Shown here in pieces: positions 1-6,338 of a DNA stretch of 12,197 bases (the stretch's first letter is position 1; each line of letters opens with the position of its first letter). Under the pieces are notes generated by a model that was not told the origin of the DNA, did not search any database, and saw only the letters and a program-made list of their open reading frames with translations. The stretch spans positions 1-12,197 of the forward strand of contig JBDHAB010000068.1 in the NCBI GenBank assembly GCA_039588295.1. Direction: 5' to 3'. Made by a program: the position numbers and the translations under genes. The DNA comes from Gemmatimonadota bacterium. Its GTDB lineage: Bacteria; Gemmatimonadota; Gemmatimonadetes; Gemmatimonadales; GWC2-71-9.

Positions 1-120
1 GAGTTGTGAGCGCCAATGAGCTTCCACACAGAAGTCTAGCGTGCAGCCGTATCCGGCCCATCTATTTGCGACGAACGGTCGGTTGAGTGGGATGAGCGGT
101 CTCACGGCGGCGTGAGTGCC

Positions 121-136
121 CGGTGCAATTGCATTA
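121..136. promoter_or_regulatory. Palindromic candidate operator (core TGCAATTGCA, 124-133)
   Basis: Perfect 10-bp palindrome. The 16-mer CGGTGCAATTGCATTA matches TGATGCAATGGCATCA (2833-2848) at 12/16 positions. Confidence 0.35.
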
Positions 137-170
137 CTCCGATGTCTGCTACCCGTGCGGGGCCAAGCCG

Positions 171-179
171 TGCTAGTCT
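171..179 (+). promoter_or_regulatory. Candidate extended -10 promoter (TGcTAGTCT) for the beta-barrel gene
   Basis: TGn+TAnnnT pattern, similar to TGaTACACT (1740-1748) and TGaTAGACT (2870-2878). The predicted TSS (~186-187) coincides with ATG187. Confidence 0.35.
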
Positions 180-186
180 GGGTTTG

Positions 187-1605
187 ATGCCGCAGAAGTC
201 GTCGTTGGAGGATGGGAAGAACATCGCGGTAGCGCTCGCTGCGTTGCTGAGTCTCATGGCCACGGATGGGGCCAGGGGGCAGATGGCGTTCCCGCGCGAG
301 CCGGAGGAGGACAACCGGGAGTACGTTCTCGACGCCGTCACCAACGACAACAGCCGATTGTGGCGCGAGGTATGGGACGCCGGCGACAACCGCTTTCGCA
401 TGCGAGTGGGGAGCAACAACGTCGCGCAGTGGTTCCTGGAAGAGCAGCTCAAGTTCTCCGCCAATCTGATAGAGCATCGCCTCCGCTTTCGGTTTCATCA
501 CGCCCGGCTCCTTCGCTACTCGAGCGAGCGGCTCGCGGGCGATACCTTCGAATTCGAAGTGCGCGCGTTTGACGACAACTATGTGTCCGCTTACGCGACG
601 CCGACCTCCGTGCGGGCGGAGAACGCCATCGGGCTCGTGCTGCAGAATCGGAGGGCGGTGGACCGGTACTCACTCTTCTTCATCGATTTCCCCCACGTGG
701 TTCGCAATTTCACCGAGGACCGGAAGGGCACCTCGGACAGTCTCAACGTGGTCTTCACCGACAAACCGGTTCGACTCGGCCTGAATGTTCGGGAGCGGCT
801 CCACCGCGGCATCTGGCTGAGGCTCGAGGGCGAGCTCGTGCCCGAATTCACGGTGGCCGAGGAGGACAGGGCGACGGGCTCGGCAGGCCGTTCGGAAAAG
901 ATAAAGGCGAGATCACTCGCGGGCTGGCTCGAAACCAACTGGCCGCAGACGGACCCTTTACCGGCGCGGTCGGCGATTGGCATCGAGGCGGGGTATCGGC
1001 GGGACGAGCGCACGGAGGGTTCTACGTTCCTCAGCGGGGCGCAGGCGCCGGGGGAAGCGGTGGCGCCATTGACGGAGCGCAGCGACAGGAACCGCCCGCG
1101 GGGTGCCGGCGGCCTCATTCTCATGGAATTCGACAAGGACCTCTACTGGATCAGTCCAGACGATTCGGTGACCGCCTGGTGCCACACGCGGACATACGGC
1201 AAGCCCTATGCCTGGATCGTCCTGAACGATCGGTGGACGGTGCGTGCAGCGGTTCTTATCGAAATGCGGGAGATCCGGCGGCGCAACCGGCAGTCGGTGG
1301 AAACATCGATCGAGAACCGCTACGTCGCGCCGGCGGCGGGTGCGCGGCTCGGTCTGGGCGCGCGGCGCCGGGCGACCGTTGAAATGGGATGGGCCTCGCT
1401 GTTTCGCCGGCGTGAAGAGCGAACGGGGGCGGGCCCGCCGGTCGAGACCGACATCGACGACCACCGCATCTATGCGGCGTTCGAATACGCGTTCGGCCCC
1501 GACAGAATCGTGCGCCTGGTCGAAGCGTTCGATCTCGACGCGCGCGACCGCGGGCAGTACGGCATTCACGACCACGCCTTCGTCCAGATGATCATCGGGT
1601 TCTGA
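187..1605 (+). CDS. Predicted outer-membrane beta-barrel protein, uncharacterised
   Basis: The ORF track opens at GTG112, but ATG187 (or TTG205) gives a Sec signal peptide (KNIAVALAALLSLMATDGARG|Q). Many alternating hydrophobic/polar strands (e.g. RLRFRFHHA, WLRLEGEL, WTVRAAVLIE, IYAAFEYAF). C-terminal HAFVQMIIGF ends in Phe, as in a BAM beta-signal. Stop TGA 1603-1605. Start uncertain. Confidence 0.75.
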   Translation: MPQKSSLEDGKNIAVALAALLSLMATDGARGQMAFPREPEEDNREYVLDAVTNDNSRLWREVWDAGDNRFRMRVGSNNVAQWFLEEQLKFSANLIEHRLRFRFHHARLLRYSSERLAGDTFEFEVRAFDDNYVSAYATPTSVRAENAIGLVLQNRRAVDRYSLFFIDFPHVVRNFTEDRKGTSDSLNVVFTDKPVRLGLNVRERLHRGIWLRLEGELVPEFTVAEEDRATGSAGRSEKIKARSLAGWLETNWPQTDPLPARSAIGIEAGYRRDERTEGSTFLSGAQAPGEAVAPLTERSDRNRPRGAGGLILMEFDKDLYWISPDDSVTAWCHTRTYGKPYAWIVLNDRWTVRAAVLIEMREIRRRNRQSVETSIENRYVAPAAGARLGLGARRRATVEMGWASLFRRREERTGAGPPVETDIDDHRIYAAFEYAFGPDRIVRLVEAFDLDARDRGQYGIHDHAFVQMIIGF

Positions 1606-1719
1606 GGCCTCGATCGAGGCACGACCTGCTCTACGCGCCTCTGGGCCAAGGAATATCTTTGAAAACTGCTGCGCCAGTCCCCTGTAGCGCGAGTTTGAAT
1701 CCCTGGCGGCCGTCGGAGC

Positions 1720-1748
1720 TTGCTTTTCGCTCTCTGGAGTGATACACT
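1720..1748 (+). promoter_or_regulatory. Sigma70-type promoter for Cys-rich gene copy 1
   Basis: TTGCTT (1720-1725), 17-bp spacer, TACACT (1743-1748), with extended -10 TG at 1740-1741. Predicted TSS ~1755, just before the conserved leader hairpin. Confidence 0.6.
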
Positions 1749-1756
1749 CGCCGGAC

Positions 1757-1855
1757 GTTGAGGGGTCTGCGTACGGCGATTTCTCGACAGCGGCAGAGGT
1801 GCCTTCCATCCCACGGGAGGGGAGCAGTGCACCGGGGCGCTTCGCCCGAAGCCGC
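1757..1855 (+). ncRNA. Candidate structured cis-regulatory 5' leader RNA, copy 1 (unassigned family)
   Basis: Hairpin 1757-1788, then a three-way junction: GCGGC1790-94/GCCGC1851-55, GGTGC1798-1802/GCACC1829-33 with an inner hairpin, and GGGCG1835-39/CGCCC1843-47. The three substitutions relative to copy 2 all keep pairing. Confidence 0.5.
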
Positions 1856-1869
1856 CCCACTGGACAAGG

Positions 1870-1879
1870 AAGGAGGTGA
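1870..1879 (+). promoter_or_regulatory. Shine-Dalgarno AAGGAGGTGA
   Basis: Full-length anti-SD complement 6 nt upstream of GTG1886. Confidence 0.9.
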
Positions 1880-1885
1880 GCCTTT

Positions 1886-2653
1886 GTGAAGAAGGCTATC
1901 GTTTTCCTTCTAGTCCCGATTTGTGCAGCGTTTGTTCTGGGTCTTCTGGTAACACCGCAGACCAAGGTACAGCACCAGGACTCGTCCGCGTTCCAGGTTG
2001 CCTTGCAGGGCGCCGTGGACCGTCTCGAAGGGGGCGGCAACGTGCTCCTGGCGGGGACGGCAACGCCGGTCCACGCGGCACCGCAGCAGCCGACGTTCGA
2101 CGGTCGCTACACGTGCGACACGTACGAGCCGATCATGACAACGTGTGATCCGGCGCAGGGTTGCGCGGATCACACACAGGATCCCCTGGGCCACACGTGC
2201 GTGGCCGAGGAGTACACCTGCCAGCAGGCGACGTGTGACACGTATGACCCGCGGGCGTTCACGTGTGATCCCAACCTAGCGGAGTGTAATCTCCCGCATA
2301 CGACGGAGCCGACTCCGTACAGCCACACCTGTCAGGGTCACACCTGCGACGGTTCGTTCACCTGTGATTTCACGGTGGATCCGAGGGCGCTCACGTGCGA
2401 CGCGGCGGACCCGCTGTGCGAGTCCACCACGTTCAACGCGTTCATTCCCACGTGCAATCCGATGCTTCCGGAGTGTCGGCTGAACAACCCCGGTCACTGC
2501 ACGGCGCAGGGGTATCACACGTGCGAGCCGACCGCTCATACGTGCGATCCGGCCTTCCCGGATTGTACAACCATCGATCCATCGCAGCCGGGTTGCGCGA
2601 CCCCGGTCGAGAAGACCAGCTGGGGCCAGATCAAGCATCTGTATGGAGAGTAG
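1886..2653 (+). CDS. Exported Cys-rich Thr-Cys-Asp repeat protein with C-terminal SWGQIKxLY tail, paralog 1 (255 aa)
   Basis: GTG start with perfect SD. N-terminal MKK plus hydrophobic helix. 20 Cys in residues 77-237, 13 of them as TC. Ends TPVEKTSWGQIKHLYGE. Reading frame conserved with paralog 2 (~83% identity by manual alignment). Confidence 0.92.
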   Translation: MKKAIVFLLVPICAAFVLGLLVTPQTKVQHQDSSAFQVALQGAVDRLEGGGNVLLAGTATPVHAAPQQPTFDGRYTCDTYEPIMTTCDPAQGCADHTQDPLGHTCVAEEYTCQQATCDTYDPRAFTCDPNLAECNLPHTTEPTPYSHTCQGHTCDGSFTCDFTVDPRALTCDAADPLCESTTFNAFIPTCNPMLPECRLNNPGHCTAQGYHTCEPTAHTCDPAFPDCTTIDPSQPGCATPVEKTSWGQIKHLYGE

Positions 2654-2657
2654 TAAA

Positions 2658-2723
2658 GCCGTTGCGCGTGAACGGCAGGAATTCGGGGGCGAAGCCAAAT
2701 CGGCTTCGTCCCCGGATTTTTTT
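2658..2723 (+). terminator. Rho-independent terminator after paralog 1, preceded by a small hairpin
   Basis: GCCGTT/AACGGC hairpin (2658-2676), then a stem 2682-2696/2702-2716 with loop AAATC, followed by T7 (2717-2723). Confidence 0.85.
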
Positions 2724-2832
2724 GACCCGCGGGCGAGTCTTCGCATGCGCTGTTATCGAGGTTCTGCCGCGCGTGTCCGACCGGCGAAGCCCCGCCATGT
2801 TTTCCAAGCCTCCTCTTAGGCTTCCACCGAAT

Positions 2833-2878
2833 TGATGCAATGGCATCATGGTGCCGTTGTCCGTCGATTTGATAGACT
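2833..2878 (+). promoter_or_regulatory. Promoter region for copy 2: palindrome TGATGC-N4-GCATCA plus extended -10 TGaTAGACT
   Basis: Inverted repeat at 2833-2848, where an activator site or -35 flank would lie. No recognisable -35. The -10 (2873-2878) is homologous to the copy 1 -10. Confidence 0.45.
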
Positions 2879-2884
2879 CGGTGC

Positions 2885-2983
2885 GTCGAGGGGTCTGCGT
2901 ACGGCGATTTCTCGGCAGCGGCAGAGGTGCCTTCCATTCCACGGGAGGGGAGCAGTGCACCGGGGCGCTTCGCCCGAAGCCGC
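2885..2983 (+). ncRNA. Candidate structured cis-regulatory 5' leader RNA, copy 2
   Basis: Same predicted fold as 1757-1855, with three substitutions that are all pairing-compatible. Confidence 0.5.
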
Positions 2984-2998
2984 CCCACTGGAGAAGGA

Positions 2999-3008
2999 AA
3001 GGAGGTGA
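2999..3008 (+). promoter_or_regulatory. Shine-Dalgarno AAGGAGGTGA
   Basis: 6 nt upstream of GTG3015. Confidence 0.9.
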
Positions 3009-3014
3009 GCCTTT

Positions 3015-3788
3015 GTGAAAAAGGCTATCGTTTTCCTTCTAATCCCGATTAGTGCAGCGTTTGTTCTGGGTCTTCTGGTAACGCCCCAGACCAAGGTGCA
3101 GCATCAGGACTCGTCTGCGTTCCAGGTTGCCTTGCAGGGAGCGGTGGACCGTCTCGAAGGGGGCGGCAGGGTGCTCCTGGCGGGAACGGCAACTCCGGTT
3201 CATGCGGCACCGCAGCAGCCGACGTTCGACGGTCGCTACACGTGCGACACGTATGAGCCGGCGATGTACACGTGTGACCCGGGGCTTCCGGAGTGCTATG
3301 ACCACACACTGGACCCCCAAGGCCACACGTGCCTCAACCTGGAGTACACGTGCCAGCAGGCGACGTGTGACACGTACGACCCGCGGGCGTTCACGTGTGA
3401 TCCCAACGTGGCAACGTGTAACTTCCCGCATACGACGGAGCCGGCTCCGTACAACCACACCTGTGACGGTCACACTTGCGACGGTCATTTGACCTGTGAT
3501 TTCACGGTGGATCCGAGGGCGCTAACGTGTGACGCGGCGGACCCGCAGTGCCACTTCACCACGTTCGACGCGTTCGCACCCACGTGCGACCCGCTGAAGC
3601 CAGAGTGCCGGGAGAACAACCCGCAGCACTGCACGGCGCAGGCGTATCCCACGTGCGATCCGAGCGTTCCTACGTGTGATCCAGGCAACCCGCTGTGTAC
3701 AACCATCGATCCGGTGCAGCCGGAATGCGCGACCCCGGTCGAGAAGACCAGCTGGGGCCAGATCAAGACGCTGTATGGAGAGAAGTAA
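3015..3788 (+). CDS. Exported Cys-rich Thr-Cys-Asp repeat protein with C-terminal SWGQIKxLY tail, paralog 2 (257 aa)
   Basis: Same architecture as paralog 1. All 20 mature-region Cys are conserved (14 as TC). Ends TPVEKTSWGQIKTLYGEK. Confidence 0.92.
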   Translation: MKKAIVFLLIPISAAFVLGLLVTPQTKVQHQDSSAFQVALQGAVDRLEGGGRVLLAGTATPVHAAPQQPTFDGRYTCDTYEPAMYTCDPGLPECYDHTLDPQGHTCLNLEYTCQQATCDTYDPRAFTCDPNVATCNFPHTTEPAPYNHTCDGHTCDGHLTCDFTVDPRALTCDAADPQCHFTTFDAFAPTCDPLKPECRENNPQHCTAQAYPTCDPSVPTCDPGNPLCTTIDPVQPECATPVEKTSWGQIKTLYGEK

Positions 3789-3789
3789 A

Positions 3790-3856
3790 GCCGTTGCGCA
3801 TGAACGGTAGGAATTCGGGGGCGAAGCCAAATCGGCTTCGTCCCCGGATTCTTTTT
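3790..3856 (+). terminator. Rho-independent terminator after paralog 2
   Basis: Small hairpin GCCGTT/AACGGT, then stem 3811-3828/3834-3851 (loop AAATC), followed by T5 (3852-3856). Confidence 0.8.
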
Positions 3857-3884
3857 GACCTGCGAGGGAGTCTTCGAATACGAT
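3855..3884 (+). promoter_or_regulatory. Candidate sigma70 promoter for the membrane-protein pair, overlapping the terminator T-tract
   Basis: TTGACC (3855-3860), 18-bp spacer, TACGAT (3879-3884). SD-like AGGGGG at 3902-3907 precedes ATG3915. Confidence 0.45.
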
Positions 3885-3914
3885 GTTATCGAGGTTCGGC
3901 CAGGGGGATAACAC

Positions 3915-6338
3915 ATGCGGTTGTGGGCCCGGAACATCTCGTTTCTCCTTCTCATCGGCGCCACGCTGGGAAACCTGGGCTTCCTCGGTGGCGCTCTCTA
4001 TCCACTGATCGCGTTCCTGAGTTTCGCTGCCTTCATCTGGACGTTCTTCCCCTTCTTGCGGATCGGCCGTCGCGTCCCGCTCCCCGCGGTGGTGGCCGCC
4101 GTGTTGACCGCCGCGGTGGGTGTCTTGCTGTCCCGCCTGGCCCCACTGGGACTCTTCCACCTGTACCTGTTCGGGGCGGCGGCATTCCTCCTTCTCGGTT
4201 GGCGGCACGACTCCCGGGAGGCGCGTCACCTGCAGAGCTACGTGGTGGCGCTGGCCTGTACGGGACTCCTTGCCGAGCTGGTGCGGATACTTCCCATCCT
4301 CTGGCACCTCCGTGTGGGACTGGCCTCGGTCCTGTCTTGGGTCGGTGAAAACCTGGCGCGGGAAGATCGAAACCTGGGGCCGACCGCCATGGCATTGCCG
4401 TCACTCGTTGCCCTGATCCTCCTCGTGCTGGTCCGAGAGGCGGCTGCCGAACGGCGCCATCGCTATCGATGGGCGATCGGGCTGCTCGTGCTGGTGGCCT
4501 CGCACCTCTTCTATCTGGCCATGCTGAAGTACTACGCGCGCTGGGTTGCCTCCCACCGCGGGTGGGACTGGTTGATTTTGAACTCGCAGCACGTGTTTCT
4601 CATCTTGGGAAGCATCGCGTACACACTCTTCGATCGCGGCCGACCGGTGCGCTGGCTATGGCCCCCGCCGGCGCGACGCGTCGCCTTTGCCTCTTCGCTG
4701 GCCTTCGCGCTGGGCGTGGCCGCGGCGCTGACACTCGGCTGGACGACGACACCTCGGCGAGGATCGCCTCGCGTGATGATTTACGACGCGGGCTACATCA
4801 ACTGGAAGGTGCCCGTCCACGGCGTCTACGGCGAGAAAAGCGCCGGCATGTTCGGGATGCTCCCCGCGGCGTTGGAGTCGGTTGGATTCGACGTGGTCGC
4901 TTCGGATGATTTGACCCGGCTCGATCAGGCCGGCGCACCCGCGTGCATCGTAATGATCAATATCCAGGAGTATCTCGAAGACGAGGACAAGGAACGCATC
5001 TGGCGATTCATCGAACGGGGTGGTGGCCTGCTGTGCCTGGGGGATCACACGGGTGTCGCCGGCATACGCGGTCCGTTCAACGACCTTCTCGAGCCTGTGG
5101 GAATCCGCTTCCGGTTCGACAGCTCGACATTCTTTGGAGACGGATGGAGTGACGCCCTCGATTACCGCGCCCATCCCATGAACCGAGGCGTCACGACGGC
5201 AGAAGACTTCCAGATTTGGGTCGGCGCCACGCTCGATATCGATGTCAATGCTCGCCCGGTGGTCGTCGGCCGTTACGGGTACTCCGACATCGGCGATGCG
5301 GCCAATATCGCGCGTTCCTATCTCGGTGATCGCCGCTACAACCCGGACGAACTTCTGGGCGACGTCGTCCTGGTCGCCGACGCCCGCTACGGCCAGGGGA
5401 AGGTCATGGTGTTCGGGGACACCTCCGGCTATCAGAACCTGTCGCTGGGGCGGAGCCTGGACACCGTGGCGCGCTCACTGGATTACCTCAGCGCGGGCGG
5501 TCGGTTTGGCCCAGGGGTGGGCACACAGATTGGCGGACTCATCGCGATACTGCTGATTGTCCTGGCGAGTTTCGCGTTGGCCGCGAATCCCATGCCCATC
5601 GTCGCCGTGACCCTGGGGCTGGCAATCGGGTCTGCGGCGATGCATCTGGTGACCACGACACCGCAGCCGCTGAGCCCGGTCTTTGCCGAGCCGTCTTGGA
5701 AACCCGTCGCGGATCTCCCGTTCGAGGTCGGACGGTCCCTCGCGGTGATCGATGGGTCCCATGGAGGGCACCACACCCTGCGCGGGTGGAAGGACCGGAG
5801 CCTCGGAGGACTTCAGTTGAACCTGGCCCGCAACGGCTACTTCCCCGTCGTCCGCCCCGAGTTTCCATACCGGGACATGGAGAACGGAGCCAAGGTGCTG
5901 CTCCTCATTGCCCCCACGCGCAGGTACAGCCAGGGAGAGATCGACGCCGTCGAGCGATTCTTGACCCAGGGTGGACGCGTCATCGCGGCGGTGGGATTCG
6001 AGGAGCTCGACGCCTCGCGTGGTCTTCTGGAACATTTCGGGCTGACGGTTGCGAACATACCGTTGGGACAATTCGAGATTCGGGCGGAGAGCGACACGCT
6101 CGCGGTCAACTTCCGGGAGGCGTGGCCGGTACAGTTCGACCCAACGAACCCCGCCGACGTCCTGCTATCCCAGTGGGACTATCCCGTGGTGGTGAGGCGC
6201 ACGGTTGGAAAGGGCGACATCGTGCTGATCGGGGACAGCGCTTTCTTTCACGACGTAAACCTGGAGACCCGTGATCGGTACTTCGCGGGCAACGTCGCGT
6301 TCTTCAGAGAGCTGACCGAAATGGGAAGTGTGCAATGA
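3915..6338 (+). CDS. Multi-pass membrane protein with two GldG/DUF4350-like (class I glutamine amidotransferase-like fold) domains (807 aa)
   Basis: About 275 aa of N-terminal hydrophobic helices. Domain 1 has RFIERGGGLLCLGDHT...NDLLEPVGIRF...HPM...GQGKVMVFGD. Then a TM hairpin. Domain 2 has VIDGSHG...RFLTQGGRVI...GKGDIVLIGDSAFF. These are typical GldG/DUF4350-like motifs. Confidence 0.8.
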   Translation: MRLWARNISFLLLIGATLGNLGFLGGALYPLIAFLSFAAFIWTFFPFLRIGRRVPLPAVVAAVLTAAVGVLLSRLAPLGLFHLYLFGAAAFLLLGWRHDSREARHLQSYVVALACTGLLAELVRILPILWHLRVGLASVLSWVGENLAREDRNLGPTAMALPSLVALILLVLVREAAAERRHRYRWAIGLLVLVASHLFYLAMLKYYARWVASHRGWDWLILNSQHVFLILGSIAYTLFDRGRPVRWLWPPPARRVAFASSLAFALGVAAALTLGWTTTPRRGSPRVMIYDAGYINWKVPVHGVYGEKSAGMFGMLPAALESVGFDVVASDDLTRLDQAGAPACIVMINIQEYLEDEDKERIWRFIERGGGLLCLGDHTGVAGIRGPFNDLLEPVGIRFRFDSSTFFGDGWSDALDYRAHPMNRGVTTAEDFQIWVGATLDIDVNARPVVVGRYGYSDIGDAANIARSYLGDRRYNPDELLGDVVLVADARYGQGKVMVFGDTSGYQNLSLGRSLDTVARSLDYLSAGGRFGPGVGTQIGGLIAILLIVLASFALAANPMPIVAVTLGLAIGSAAMHLVTTTPQPLSPVFAEPSWKPVADLPFEVGRSLAVIDGSHGGHHTLRGWKDRSLGGLQLNLARNGYFPVVRPEFPYRDMENGAKVLLLIAPTRRYSQGEIDAVERFLTQGGRVIAAVGFEELDASRGLLEHFGLTVANIPLGQFEIRAESDTLAVNFREAWPVQFDPTNPADVLLSQWDYPVVVRRTVGKGDIVLIGDSAFFHDVNLETRDRYFAGNVAFFRELTEMGSVQ

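Larger units (their letters stand above)
1740..2768 (+). repeat. Tandem duplication unit, copy 1 (promoter -10 + leader + CDS + terminator + flank)
   Basis: Aligns to 2870-3901 from TGATA(C/G)ACTCG through TGTTATCGAGGTTC(T/G)GCC. The copies are separated by ~100 bp of unique sequence (2769-2869). Confidence 0.92.
2870..3901 (+). repeat. Tandem duplication unit, copy 2
   Basis: Homologous to 1740-2768 along its full length, including non-coding parts. Confidence 0.92.

Noticed and set aside
112..186. ORF-track start at GTG112 for the barrel gene
   Set aside because: It adds a non-signal-like extension before the signal peptide and overlaps candidate promoter elements, so a later start is more plausible.
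1607..1620. Perfect 14-bp palindrome GCCTCGATCGAGGC right after the barrel stop codon
   Set aside because: Short stem with no U-tract and a single occurrence; cannot be called a terminator or operator.
1795..1875. Resemblance of the leader to cobalamin (AGGTGC, CCACTG..GGAAGG), lysine (AGAGGTGC) or c-di-GMP-II (AGTGCA.CCG) riboswitches
   Set aside because: Only short fragments match. Core elements such as GCAACTGT and the B12 box, or the lysine aptamer length and architecture, are missing.
2651..2656. TAG-TAA in paralog 1 aligned with AAG(Lys)-TAA in paralog 2, suggesting amber read-through or pyrrolysine
   Set aside because: A single A/T change at the last codon explains it. TAG is also the apparent stop of the C25 gene, and no pyl genes are seen.
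2841..2855. Sigma54-like TGGCAT...TGC upstream of paralog 2
   Set aside because: GG-to-GC spacing is 9 nt rather than the required 10.
2105..3700. Dense recurring CACGTG/ACGTGTGA motifs that look like a repeat array or CRISPR
   Set aside because: Explained by Thr-Cys codons (ACG TGY) in the coding frame. Spacing is irregular, there is no 25-40-nt constant repeat, and no cas genes are present.
2111..3728. Multiheme cytochrome c or ferredoxin interpretation of the Cys/His-rich proteins
   Set aside because: No CxxCH or CxxCxxC motifs; His generally precedes Thr-Cys instead.
1886..3788. Paralog pair as diversity-generating retroelement template/variable repeats
   Set aside because: Differences are not adenine-specific, both copies are intact expressed-looking genes, and no reverse transcriptase is in the window.
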